DNA of 50,552 nucleotides, from the sequence record MG049919; one strand, written 5' to 3'. Made by a program: the position numbers and the translations under genes. This DNA is from Shigella phage vB_SflS-ISF001. The notes under the pieces were generated by a model. It saw only the letters and a program-made list of their open reading frames with translations, searched no databases and was not told the DNA's origin. Below, piece after piece: positions 1 to 8,561 of this stretch (the first letter of the stretch is position 1; the number at the start of each line of letters is the position of its first letter).

Positions 1-206
1 GATGTTATCACTGAGATCGCAAAGAAGAATAAAGGGCGCGCTCCTATTCATAGCATCGTTGCAAAGTGCCGTAACGTTACTCCGTTCAACGGTCAACAGA
101 AAGTATCTGAGCGAATCGATAGTCTTCTTATCACGCTCGAAGAGATGAACTACACTTGCCGGATTGATGATATTGTTTTCATTAATCCTCGACTGATGGG
201 TTAATA
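1..206 (+). CDS. hypothetical protein, 3' fragment (5' end outside window)
   Basis: Frame-1 reading frame open from window start to TAA at 204-206; no start codon inside window. Confidence 0.4.
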
Positions 207-208
207 AT

Positions 209-616
209 ATGCTTCTTCTCTTAGATCTGTTCAGGTTCTGCGAAGGTTACGACAAATACACTCGACAGCACATAGCGAAATTTATATACGCCCACAAGGA
301 AAGTGAGCGATATGCTAAGGCCGCCGGAATGACTCGCCGTGAATTTACAAGCGCGCTATGTAAGGAGTTTTGCGCACGCTGCGTGACTGAGGGTTATCTT
401 GATTGCAAGGGTGGATTTTACTGGTGCAAGGGAAAGATCAACCGCCCGGTAATGATGAAGCTGATGTGTATTGTTGGCTACAACAATCGGTATACGTGGG
501 AAATGAAGCACATTGCAGAGATGAGTGATGAAGATTTGTTTGGCGAACGTAGAAACATTGATAGATCGGAACGTCGAATTGTGCTCAAGGCTCCAGCTTA
601 CGAAAGAAGAATTTGA
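209..616 (+). CDS. hypothetical Cys-rich protein (135 aa)
   Basis: ORF track; ATG 3 nt after stop of upstream fragment; no recognisable domain. Confidence 0.45.
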   Translation: MLLLLDLFRFCEGYDKYTRQHIAKFIYAHKESERYAKAAGMTRREFTSALCKEFCARCVTEGYLDCKGGFYWCKGKINRPVMMKLMCIVGYNNRYTWEMKHIAEMSDEDLFGERRNIDRSERRIVLKAPAYERRI

Positions 617-724
617 ACAAGGGTTGTTGAGTCTGTTACTCACTTCAATGAGGGCCAGTAACGAAAGCGAGCATAATCTTTGCGACAAGGAGGGGGAGTT
701 ACTCCTTCACGTAAAAAGGTACAA

Positions 725-744
725 ATAGCACTTTTTGTTAAAAC
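725..744 (+). promoter_or_regulatory. 20-mer motif copy (ATAGCACTTTTTGTTAAAAC)
   Basis: Followed by hairpin CCCGAT/ATCGGG and TATATT 22 bp after TTGTTA; upstream of gene 806-1021. Confidence 0.55.
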
Positions 745-805
745 ACCCGATCTCGTATCGGGTATATTTGTTTCATCGAAACGAAGCGACCCGAAGGAAA
801 GCATT

Positions 806-1021
806 ATGTCTAACATATTTTTAGTAGTTCGCGTTTACATCCACTATAACGGTACTAGCAGTGAGATTCCTACTCTTTACAGTAAAGCTGATGGATGGAC
901 CGAAGTATCAGCGGTAGCTATTGAGAAGAAGATTGCTGAGATGTACGGTGACACTTGCGAGTTTGAAGTTCGAGAATATGGAAAACTCACTAACGAGAGT
1001 TACAGGTGGGCAGATGTATAA
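806..1021 (+). CDS. hypothetical protein (71 aa)
   Basis: Internal ATG of ORF 680-1021 preceded by GGAAAG RBS; 20-mer motif at 725-744 upstream; bidirectional terminator downstream. Confidence 0.45.
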   Translation: MSNIFLVVRVYIHYNGTSSEIPTLYSKADGWTEVSAVAIEKKIAEMYGDTCEFEVREYGKLTNESYRWADV

Positions 1022-1023
1022 AA

Positions 1024-1051
1024 GAAAAGGAGGCTTAGCCTCCTTTTATTT
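1024..1051. terminator. bidirectional rho-independent terminator
   Basis: GGAGGC-TTA-GCCTCC hairpin flanked by A-run and T-run between convergent genes. Confidence 0.6.
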
Positions 1052-1439
1052 CGTCCTTACGAATTGAAAAATAAACCAGCAATAGGCCAATGAAAACGAG
1101 AGTCCATCCTGCAATTGCACCGTACCAGTTTTCTGGCTTTGTTACTGTGATGCTTTCAGCGTTAACCGTGTTAGCCTTAATGGTTGACACTTCAATTAAC
1201 TTCTTCAAGGAAGAGTCAATCTTTCCTACATTGGACTCCACAACTTTAACATCTCGCTTATCTTCGGATTTTGCGCTTACTCCTGCTAATTGCTTTGTGT
1301 TCACCTCTCCGCTTTGTGCTGTAACTTCCGGTTTAGATCCGATTAAACCGCTCAGGGCAGATGCCGTAGAGCAACCGGATAGAGAAATAACACCATCAGC
1401 CACTGTAATCGCAATGCACGTTATCTTCAGTTTCATCAT
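1035..1439 (-). CDS. unimolecular spanin (lipoprotein with C-terminal TMD)
   Basis: N-terminal signal with lipobox LSGC, C-terminal hydrophobic helix [20 protein letters not shown]; ATGA overlap with endolysin stop; architecture of T1 gp11-type u-spanin. Confidence 0.7.
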   Translation of the reverse strand: MMKLKITCIAITVADGVISLSGCSTASALSGLIGSKPEVTAQSGEVNTKQLAGVSAKSEDKRDVKVVESNVGKIDSSLKKLIEVSTIKANTVNAESITVTKPENWYGAIAGWTLVFIGLLLVYFSIRKDEIKGG

Positions 1440-1924
1440 AATTCCTTATCGCAATACGCGGATTCTTCAGCGCGACGGTTCTTGAGTCCTCTAGACACTT
1501 CTCGCTTAAATGTAAATGGGTTGTAGTACGGTACCCATCGCCATGGCTGATTGCACGCTTCCTTGTGCTTACTCTGATTTTTTAGCTTAAGCATTGTAGA
1601 AGATCCGAACGCGCCAGTTCCAACGTTGTAAGTGAAGCTGTACAGTGACGCGCGCATCGTTACCGGAATTTCAACATTCACCTTTTTGTCAACGTATCGC
1701 TGAGCGACGCCGATTTGTCGTGTCAGCAATGCCGCGCATTCTCGCGGAGTGTATTTCTTACCTGGTATGACGTCCGGCCCGGTTATTCCGCTGCATACGG
1801 TAGGGACTCCGGCTATATCGTAATACACCTCGTATTCTATACCTTCGATTCGTTCCAGTAGGGTTGGAGTCAACGTCAAAGCGGCCCCGATCGATGCGCC
1901 TTTAACGTTATTTTTTAAGCTCAT
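1436..1924 (-). CDS. endolysin, GH24 phage lysozyme (P22 gp19-like)
   Basis: [23 protein letters not shown] and [12 protein letters not shown] match catalytic E-x8-D-x5-T region and C-lobe of phage lysozyme family; sits between holin and spanin. Confidence 0.85.
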   Translation of the reverse strand: MSLKNNVKGASIGAALTLTPTLLERIEGIEYEVYYDIAGVPTVCSGITGPDVIPGKKYTPRECAALLTRQIGVAQRYVDKKVNVEIPVTMRASLYSFTYNVGTGAFGSSTMLKLKNQSKHKEACNQPWRWVPYYNPFTFKREVSRGLKNRRAEESAYCDKEL

Positions 1925-2139
1925 TATATCCCCCTGATCTTAAGCACCTTATTTAGATCGCCATCGATTAACGCTTCCTGAATTGCCTTACTATCACGAT
2001 ACTTCCAGTATGCACCCCAGGCACCAAAAAGCAGATAGCAAATGAATGTAGCGCCAGCAATATAAAGTAGCCCTGTCGCCGCCTCTACCAACGAAGCACC
2101 GCCCGTGCTTAACGTAGCTGCTGTTAAAAATTCTATCAT
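1924..2139 (-). CDS. holin (two predicted TMDs)
   Basis: Small protein with two hydrophobic segments and charged C-terminus directly upstream of endolysin; start placed at internal ATG with GGTGAG RBS (track ORF extends to a TTG at 2202). Confidence 0.6.
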   Translation of the reverse strand: MIEFLTAATLSTGGASLVEAATGLLYIAGATFICYLLFGAWGAYWKYRDSKAIQEALIDGDLNKVLKIRGI

Positions 2140-2257
2140 AATCTCACCATATATTTTTTGAACAAGTGAGTCGATTTTAACCTTCAAATTTACTTGATAC
2201 AACGCAAAAAGGCCAGCATGTAAATCATGCCAGCCTGTAAGGTGATGAATGATATTG

Positions 2258-2434
2258 TTAATCTAGCTCAATAAATTCCAGGTAATGACCGTTCAGAGGG
2301 GCTTGGATTGTTGAACCTCTACCATCGTAAATCTCAAACAATCCACCTCCGAAATCATAACCAACACTATAGATCTGATTTACGCGGAATGGAAGCGTTT
2401 TGGAATCATTTCGGATGCACTTAACTCGTTTCAT
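2258..2434 (-). CDS. hypothetical small protein (58 aa)
   Basis: Not in ORF track (<60 aa); ATG preceded by AGAGGG RBS at 7 nt; fills gap between holin and phosphoesterase gene. Confidence 0.35.
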   Translation of the reverse strand: MKRVKCIRNDSKTLPFRVNQIYSVGYDFGGGLFEIYDGRGSTIQAPLNGHYLEFIELD

Positions 2435-2497
2435 GAAATACCCTCTTTGTTTTCTATGTGGTCAATATACCCGAATCCCTTCGGGCGTTTTTATCAA

Positions 2498-3649
2498 TTA
2501 GTGCGATCCTGTCTTTTCTGGACGATAGATGAAGCGACCGTTTTCCCCAAACTGCTTATCGTAACCAATTACAGCCGCCCGGCGATATGAGCGCCACTCT
2601 CCGCGTGCTGCGTATGCGACTTTCGCGCCTAACTGACCGTGTACTTCATCAATACCAAGCGAGTGCTCAGTGATTGTCTGGTGATGCCAGTGACCAGTAT
2701 GAGTATACACATACTTGCTCTCACCGAAGTCTGATCGGAAATCTGCCACCATTGCTGCAAGTCGCGTGTCTGCCTTTTTCATAGTGTGCCCGTGAGTGTA
2801 TCCCAACAAGGTATTTGCCCAACGAGTCTTATGCAGAATCATAGGACTAACGTCAACGAATACTAGCGGCTCGTCTTCATAATATGCCGACATTGCAGCT
2901 CGCAGCCAAATCTTCCCAGACTGATCGTGGTTCCCTTCGATAACCTGGACCTCTACTTCTATGTGTTTCATAAGCATTTTGTCGATGGCTCGGCGTACCG
3001 AACGAATCCCAACATGCACTAATTTTGCGTATCGTGAATCCTGATCAAGAACGTGATCACTTGCCGGGGTAACTGCATCAAGGCCGTCAGAGTGAAGGAA
3101 GTCGTCGCCGATTAACAGAACGGCCTTCTCTGCGTTCGGTGCGATATCGATCACGTAATTAAAGAAGTCGCTAAGCACTTTTACCGCTACGTCGGTGGAA
3201 TAGTTCTCACCGCATTCATGCTTATGAGCAAGCCCGCCAATATGGAGATCGAATACCGGATAGAGTGCCAGCTTACCCATCGCTATCGTAAGCCCTTGCG
3301 AGGTTAGTAGCTCGGTTGGCTTTGCTCGTGGCAGGACTTCACAGAATGCAATACGCGCAGCTTCCATCATTGCCGCAATCTTCTCAGGGTCCTGATCGGT
3401 CTTAACCCATCGCACTACCTCGGTACCATCGCCGCGACTCATCGTTGATGTGCCTTTTACCATGAATCCTTCCGGTACGTTCTTAGCATCATGCTCGTTA
3501 CCGTGGAAGTGACCTTCTTTTGCAAGTTTGGCGTGACGCCCTTCAACTGTGCGGATGTGCATACCGTACTTTTCCGCGATCTCGCGAAGTCTTAGGCCAT
3601 TCATGCGCTCTTCGACAAGTTGTTCGGTAGTGATTTTAGCTAGTGACAT
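2498..3649 (-). CDS. HTH-domain / calcineurin-like metallophosphoesterase fusion protein
   Basis: N-terminal 50 aa helix-turn-helix-like segment (LRLREIAEKYGMHIRTVEGR); then phosphoesterase motifs DLHIGG, GDDFLHSDG, GNHD, GHTH, GHWHH; AGGA RBS. Confidence 0.7.
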   Translation of the reverse strand: MSLAKITTEQLVEERMNGLRLREIAEKYGMHIRTVEGRHAKLAKEGHFHGNEHDAKNVPEGFMVKGTSTMSRGDGTEVVRWVKTDQDPEKIAAMMEAARIAFCEVLPRAKPTELLTSQGLTIAMGKLALYPVFDLHIGGLAHKHECGENYSTDVAVKVLSDFFNYVIDIAPNAEKAVLLIGDDFLHSDGLDAVTPASDHVLDQDSRYAKLVHVGIRSVRRAIDKMLMKHIEVEVQVIEGNHDQSGKIWLRAAMSAYYEDEPLVFVDVSPMILHKTRWANTLLGYTHGHTMKKADTRLAAMVADFRSDFGESKYVYTHTGHWHHQTITEHSLGIDEVHGQLGAKVAYAARGEWRSYRRAAVIGYDKQFGENGRFIYRPEKTGSH

Positions 3650-3727
3650 ATTTTAATCCTTACATGATAATGAAATACATTACTAAAAATGAAATTAGCG
3701 GTGTCAATACTACAGCAAAATAAAGAT

Positions 3728-4129
3728 TCATACCACAGCCTTTAACCAGAATCCTAGATCTGACCATTTAAACTCAACCAGCTTTGCGTCAACCTCAAGC
3801 ATCATACTGTTTATACCAGGTGAGTAATAACCTATATGCAACACCTGATCGATCCCTATGCTACACAGCACGTTTGCGAAGTCAGGAGGCAACCAAACAG
3901 AGAAAGGTGTTTTCTTAACCTGCTTCTTTCCGATCCATATGGTCTGGTAAGCGTCTCCGTTAATGTTTAAGCCTGGAAGGCTTGTTGTTCTTTGCTGCTT
4001 TTCGCTCTCTCTCATTTCTCTTTCCCTCTTCACGATAAAACTCAAGTGACGGAGTTGCTGGCACTCTATGCATTTTTCTCGGCATATCTTCCATAAATGA
4101 AATCTTGCCGTTTGAAATAATGCTAACAT
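3728..4129 (-). CDS. hypothetical protein (start uncertain; alternative internal start near 4018)
   Basis: ORF track; ATG at 4129 has poor RBS spacing, internal ATG at about 4018 has AGGGAAAGAG RBS; no domain recognised. Confidence 0.4.
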   Translation of the reverse strand: MLALFQTARFHLWKICREKCIECQQLRHLSFIVKREREMRESEKQQRTTSLPGLNINGDAYQTIWIGKKQVKKTPFSVWLPPDFANVLCSIGIDQVLHIGYYSPGINSMMLEVDAKLVEFKWSDLGFWLKAVV

Positions 4130-4209
4130 CCTTTATATCGAAGTATTTAGCAATTAATGCTATATCGCCTGAGATCCCGCATTCCTTTGCGTGCTCCCAC
4201 ACTTCGCGC

Positions 4210-4419
4210 TTACCTTGCTATTTTATCAGCATTAGTTTTTTTCTCCACGTCAGAGATAAAGCCTTCGACTTCTCCAACCGAGCAAAGGTAATAAGACATT
4301 TTAAGGAAGTTCATAGCAATATCCCAACCGAAGATGCCGCCTTGCTTGTTCGTAATATGAACGGCCATTTTTGCAGACTGCCGGGCGATATTGAAAAAGT
4401 TTACGTTAATGCGTGCCAT
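4210..4419 (-). CDS. hypothetical protein (69 aa)
   Basis: ORF track 4210-4434; second ATG at 4419 preceded by GAGGAA RBS. Confidence 0.45.
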   Translation of the reverse strand: MARINVNFFNIARQSAKMAVHITNKQGGIFGWDIAMNFLKMSYYLCSVGEVEGFISDVEKKTNADKIAR

Positions 4420-4476
4420 CTTCAGATTCCTCATTTCGTTTCCATGAAATAACTATACCCGACTTTCGCCGGGTAG

Positions 4477-4495
4477 TTTTAGCAATTAGAGCTGT
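4477..4495 (-). promoter_or_regulatory. degenerate 20-mer motif copy
   Basis: Minus-strand ACAGCTCTAATTGCTAAAA; upstream of gene 4210-4419. Confidence 0.3.
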
Positions 4496-4734
4496 GTGAT
4501 TATCTCAGAAGAAAGTTCTTCTACGTCTTTTCGGATGATTAATCGCCAATTCTCAATGTATTCATTCCTTATCTCTTCGAAAGACATATCAAGAGAAGTA
4601 GTGAACTCCCACAGATCGCAACCAGTAACATCCTTAGTCAATCCATTTCGCACCTTAATCTCGCAGCACGTAGCTCGATAAAGTAGCCATAAACCTTGCT
4701 CAGTTAATATAACAGGAACCCTTTTTTCGCTCAT
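4486..4734 (-). CDS. hypothetical protein (82 aa)
   Basis: ORF track; ATG 7 nt after stop of methylase gene (operon coupling). Confidence 0.45.
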   Translation of the reverse strand: MSEKRVPVILTEQGLWLLYRATCCEIKVRNGLTKDVTGCDLWEFTTSLDMSFEEIRNEYIENWRLIIRKDVEELSSEIITQL

Positions 4735-4741
4735 AAATTTT

Positions 4742-5455
4742 TCATTCTTTCCTCACCTTTGCTCGTTTGTTTTTCACCGAACGGCAAATGCTTGTGCTTG
4801 GGATGTAGTGAGTCTGTTGCACCACACCTTCTTTAAGTTCGCGCTTATTAAAAATTACCGAACCTTTGTTATTACCGACTACGGCCTTTCCAGTTTCAGC
4901 GGATGTGAAAGCCAGACGACCGGATCGTGCGTATTCATTGCCGTCAATAGCCTCAGTCAAATCAGCTTCAATCCAGATGATTTCAGCCGCGTGCTGTCGA
5001 ACCTCAGTATACCACCCAGTCGAGTTATCGGCAGGTAAAAGAATATCGATCCGGTTGTTGCGCTCCTTTTGCTCAATCGCTTTCTTGACGAATGTATCAG
5101 GTTGAATGTAAGGAGGGTTTAACCATACGTGCTTATTTTTACCCCACCAAGGTATTAAGCAGTTTGTTTCCTGGGAATAAAACTTCTCGCAAACTATATT
5201 TTCTACGCTTGCCGCAGCGTCGAGATCATATTTTCCGTAGGGACCCTCAAGGTATACGATAACCTCGCGTGGGGTTGACCATAAAACACGAACTGCGTCA
5301 GGTGTACTGGTTCCCTTGTATCGACGTCCTAAAATCTCTTTGCAGGTTGGCGTTTTCTGTGCTTGATAATAACCGTCTGATGCTATTGCTTCACGAGTGA
5401 ATGAGCACGCAGTTTCTGCATAGTCGATTGTTTCGATATCGTTAAAGTCTATCAT
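4742..5455 (-). CDS. DNA N6-adenine methyltransferase (phage Dam family)
   Basis: Catalytic NPPY motif (WLNPPYIQPD), size about 237 aa typical of phage Dam family; GAGAGGA RBS; 20-mer motif 50 nt upstream. Confidence 0.75.
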   Translation of the reverse strand: MIDFNDIETIDYAETACSFTREAIASDGYYQAQKTPTCKEILGRRYKGTSTPDAVRVLWSTPREVIVYLEGPYGKYDLDAAASVENIVCEKFYSQETNCLIPWWGKNKHVWLNPPYIQPDTFVKKAIEQKERNNRIDILLPADNSTGWYTEVRQHAAEIIWIEADLTEAIDGNEYARSGRLAFTSAETGKAVVGNNKGSVIFNKRELKEGVVQQTHYIPSTSICRSVKNKRAKVRKE

Positions 5456-5506
5456 TTTTAATCCTCTCGTTTCGGTGAGATAATAATGCCAGATTCCATT
5501 CCGGCG

Positions 5507-5526
5507 GTTTTAACAAAAAGTGCTAT
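5507..5526 (-). promoter_or_regulatory. 20-mer motif copy upstream of Dam methylase gene
   Basis: Minus-strand ATAGCACTTTTTGTTAAAAC; CATTAT 22 bp downstream. Confidence 0.55.
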
Positions 5527-5939
5527 TTCGTTAAATCGTATATTGCCAGCTTGAATTGCTCAAATCCGTATGCAACGGCAGAGAATCCACCGCGATCCCG
5601 AACCTTTTTGAGAAACTCCCTTTGCTTATCGCTGACTGGTGACGCCTTTCCCTTGCCGGACTTATTAACCCGTTTGAGTTCGATAGCTGCGAACGGGTAA
5701 CGTGAGTTTACACCAATCAGGATAACGAAATCTGACACACCTTTAAGTAATCCAGCCTGCTCATCCCTGAGTGCTGAAGTGATTGTTTTTTCACCTTCAT
5801 TTACAGTGTGCCAAAATAGAAGGTGTGGGAAGTTGTATTTCAGCCAGGAAACGCAATCTACCTGATGAGCGTCCTCCTTTCTCGTGTCGCTAGGATCTCT
5901 CTCGTAAAATTCTAAATAATCACCTTTGTCTGTAATCAT
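5523..5939 (-). CDS. VRR-NUC domain nuclease (PD-(D/E)xK)
   Basis: GVSDFVILIG...AAIELKRVNKSGKGKASPVSDKQREFL matches VRR-NUC D/E-x-K core; start placed at ATG overlapping helicase stop (ATGA); track ORF extends to 6083. Confidence 0.7.
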   Translation of the reverse strand: MITDKGDYLEFYERDPSDTRKEDAHQVDCVSWLKYNFPHLLFWHTVNEGEKTITSALRDEQAGLLKGVSDFVILIGVNSRYPFAAIELKRVNKSGKGKASPVSDKQREFLKKVRDRGGFSAVAYGFEQFKLAIYDLTK

Positions 5940-7954
5940 TCCGGGATATCCTCCATACCAAAGTCTTTTCGTGAGATAATATCTTCTTTCTTCTGGTTGC
6001 GACGATGAGTTACGCGCACCCGGTGAGCAATATGATGTGAGTATTGCAAAATCTTGATGGCGTTCTTCATTCCGATAAAGCATCGGCGCATTTTAGGATC
6101 CGATACGTGTAGCAATACAGCTTTAGTTTTCCATAGCGTACCGCAAATCTTAGAGTCAGACTCGGGGAAGCATTTTTCATACCCCTTGAACTCATCACCA
6201 TCATCGTTAATAAGAGTGTATTTGAATATTATGCCTTTCTGGTTTTTGGTTAGCGTAACCTCAAAATTCTTTACTTCATACCAGTCATTCTTAGTGTACG
6301 CCTTACCGGATAACTTCAGGTTAGGATCGACAAGCGAAACATCACAGCAACGACAGACTCGGGCCACAACGTCATTCTCTGCACCACATCCTTTAACAAG
6401 GATTTTTCCGGTGCGCTCGTCAACCTGGTCCTCACAAATCTGAGAAGTCCAGAAATGATCGCAGCGTTCACCATCAATGACATTAACGCATCGTCGAGCA
6501 TAGAAGCTATTTACGCAACCGCATTTCGGACATGTTTTCGGATCTTTGCCGTTTTCAAAACGCTTTTGGAATTGTGCCTGCTCAAGTATCGGATCGAAAT
6601 AAAGCTGACCCAATTCATCCATCGTACCTGCGAAATCCCATACCAGATGGTCCTGCTTAACCATTCCCTCAGCAACCTGCCAGGGTATAAGCAGACGCAT
6701 ACCCCTACCCAAAAGTTGAATCAACAGTGTGAGCGACCCTATCTTGCGGAGTTTGACACTGTAATCCCAATTTGGAACGTTACCGCCAGTAGTGAGTGCC
6801 ATTACCTGAAAGGTGTATTTAATTTTCCCAGCCCTCACATCGTCCAAGATTTTCTTGCGCGTTATGGTGTCTGTGTCGCCAGTAATGATTGCATAGGTGC
6901 TTCCTGGTGGAAGCGCTGCCGCCGCCTCCTTGCAGTGACGCACCCCGGCGCATGTAATCAGTACCGCGTTACGCTCTTCAGCCTTTTTGGCAACCATTTG
7001 CATGATTCGCTGCGTAAGAGATTTATCATGAAGGATCTCATCTACCATTGCCTTCATATCTTTCTCTGTAAAGTCCTGCACTCCGTCCTCGCTCGACGCC
7101 TTGAACTTATCCAGATCGTAGTGTACGCCGTCAGTTGAATCGAATATCGTCGGAACGACAGAGCCGAACTCAATCAGATAGTTTGTGTCGATATCAGTTA
7201 CTCGCTCACGCCAGAATCCCAATGCTTTCGGATTCACTACCAGAATAGGAACTACGCCACGAAATTCAGATCCAGTCATACCAAATATTCTGAGATCGTG
7301 ACCGTGAACCTTTTTACAGCGCCGCATCATTTCCATGATTACGATCGTGTACTGACTGCGCTTAGTTCCAAGCAAAGGCTTTCCATCATTACCAATCAGG
7401 GGAATATCTCCATCCATGATGATTTTTCCCTTCTCGCCCGTCATTTGTTCCATTGTTTCCTTGCCCTCAATGGCTTGCGCAAGGTCTTCCCAATCCTCCT
7501 GGTGACATTCGTCGATCCCAATTACATGCGGGACGAAATCAGCAAGCTCATTGTCGAGGCCATTTGCAACAGTACCCTCTGAGCCTACCACGATAGGAAA
7601 ATAGCAGGACTTAATACCTAATGAGGCTGAGTATATGGAGATAGTTACCCCAAAGTTGTCAATCTCCTCGCTATCCTGATCGACAATCTCACCCTGGCGA
7701 GCCTGAACGAGCTTTTTTAAGCCCATTTTCTGACACTGCTTTACAACCATAGCATAAATGATGCTCTTAACCGCAGATACTGACGCTTTAACAAAGAATG
7801 GATGCTCGTAAATTGATAGGCGTATCGCGATCTCAGCATAAGCAACAACCTGATACGGATAAGGAACAACCTCACCGACAGTGAATTGCTCCTGAGTTCG
7901 CTTTATACAGTCCTCGCCACGTCCTACAATCAGCTTTTTAATGTTCATTGTCAC
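5936..7954 (-). CDS. SF2 (DEAD/SNF2-like) helicase with Cys-rich C-terminal zinc-ribbon region
   Basis: Motif II GIDECHQ, motif VI QLLGRGMRL, C-terminal CPKCGC...CDH and CRCC clusters; GTG start with AAAGGA RBS at 9 nt. Confidence 0.7.
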   Translation of the reverse strand: MTMNIKKLIVGRGEDCIKRTQEQFTVGEVVPYPYQVVAYAEIAIRLSIYEHPFFVKASVSAVKSIIYAMVVKQCQKMGLKKLVQARQGEIVDQDSEEIDNFGVTISIYSASLGIKSCYFPIVVGSEGTVANGLDNELADFVPHVIGIDECHQEDWEDLAQAIEGKETMEQMTGEKGKIIMDGDIPLIGNDGKPLLGTKRSQYTIVIMEMMRRCKKVHGHDLRIFGMTGSEFRGVVPILVVNPKALGFWRERVTDIDTNYLIEFGSVVPTIFDSTDGVHYDLDKFKASSEDGVQDFTEKDMKAMVDEILHDKSLTQRIMQMVAKKAEERNAVLITCAGVRHCKEAAAALPPGSTYAIITGDTDTITRKKILDDVRAGKIKYTFQVMALTTGGNVPNWDYSVKLRKIGSLTLLIQLLGRGMRLLIPWQVAEGMVKQDHLVWDFAGTMDELGQLYFDPILEQAQFQKRFENGKDPKTCPKCGCVNSFYARRCVNVIDGERCDHFWTSQICEDQVDERTGKILVKGCGAENDVVARVCRCCDVSLVDPNLKLSGKAYTKNDWYEVKNFEVTLTKNQKGIIFKYTLINDDGDEFKGYEKCFPESDSKICGTLWKTKAVLLHVSDPKMRRCFIGMKNAIKILQYSHHIAHRVRVTHRRNQKKEDIISRKDFGMEDIPE

Positions 7955-7967
7955 GTCTATTAATCCT

Positions 7968-7996
7968 TTGAATCGTTGTAACGTTTACGCTATAAT
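7968..7996 (+). promoter_or_regulatory. sigma70-type promoter for HTH regulator gene
   Basis: TTGAAT - 17 bp - TATAAT, about 50 nt upstream of ATG 8048; overlaps divergent helicase promoter region. Confidence 0.55.
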
Positions 7997-8014
7997 ACAC
8001 GGCATACAGTAAAC

Positions 8015-8035
8015 GTTTTTAGCAAAAAGTGCTAT
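8015..8035 (-). promoter_or_regulatory. 20-mer motif copy upstream of helicase gene
   Basis: Minus-strand ATAGCACTTTTTGCTAAAAAC; TATTAT 22 bp downstream inside hairpin AACGTTTAC/GTAAACGTT. Confidence 0.55.
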
Positions 8036-8047
8036 AGGAGAATTAAG

Positions 8048-8500
8048 ATGAATATTCAACGTATCGCAGAGTCAACTGGTGAAATCGATACACGTCACAA
8101 CAATGGTAACAACGGAACACGACGCGGTAAAGATAAAATGCCTCGACTGCGCTGCGGCTTCTATATTCATATAGAAGAAACACGCGCCGGATTGCCAGCG
8201 CGACTTGATGCGCTTATCGTATATTATGGTGGCCCTGCGGCCTCCGCAAAAGCTCTAAAGGTTAGCATTCAGACGGTGCAAGGCTGGAAAGTACGCAACA
8301 TGATTTCGTGGCAAGCTGCTGAAGCTGCGCATCGTGCTTCCCGACGACAGGGGTGTAAAGGGTTTCGTGCCGCATGGTTGCGATTCGCCCTGAAGTTTGA
8401 CGGTAACGGCAAGTGCCTTGAGAAGCGATGCAAGATCAAGAAATTTATGCGCGTCGTGAAGAAGGAAGATATCGGGACGACCAATAGCATTTTTAGTTAA
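8048..8500 (+). CDS. HTH DNA-binding regulator (Cro/YdaS-like)
   Basis: HTH segment GGPAASAKALKVSIQTVQGWK; AGGAGAA RBS; canonical sigma70 promoter upstream; rho-independent terminator downstream. Confidence 0.55.
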   Translation: MNIQRIAESTGEIDTRHNNGNNGTRRGKDKMPRLRCGFYIHIEETRAGLPARLDALIVYYGGPAASAKALKVSIQTVQGWKVRNMISWQAAEAAHRASRRQGCKGFRAAWLRFALKFDGNGKCLEKRCKIKKFMRVVKKEDIGTTNSIFS

Positions 8501-8507
8501 AACAAAC

Positions 8508-8549
8508 GACGCGTAGCGGGTTAACATCCTTCTACGCGTTTTTTATTTT
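8508..8549 (+). terminator. rho-independent terminator after HTH regulator gene
   Basis: CGCGTAG...CTACGCG stem followed by TTTTTTATTTT. Confidence 0.55.
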
Positions 8550-8561
8550 GGAGATCTGGAA

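Noticed and set aside
356-728. ORFs 356-688 (-) and 525-728 (+)
   Set aside because: Overlap the better-supported 209-616 ORF or the promoter motif region; no RBS support.
2462-2497. Hairpin CCCGAA-TCCC-TTCGGG plus T-run as a terminator
   Set aside because: The T-run is on the plus strand but all neighbouring genes are on the minus strand; function unclear.
3960-4202. ORF 3960-4202 (-) overlapping ORF 3728-4129 in another frame
   Set aside because: Cannot both be coding over the 170-nt overlap; kept the longer track ORF with low confidence. The alternative pairing (3728-4018 plus 3960-4202) cannot be excluded from sequence alone.
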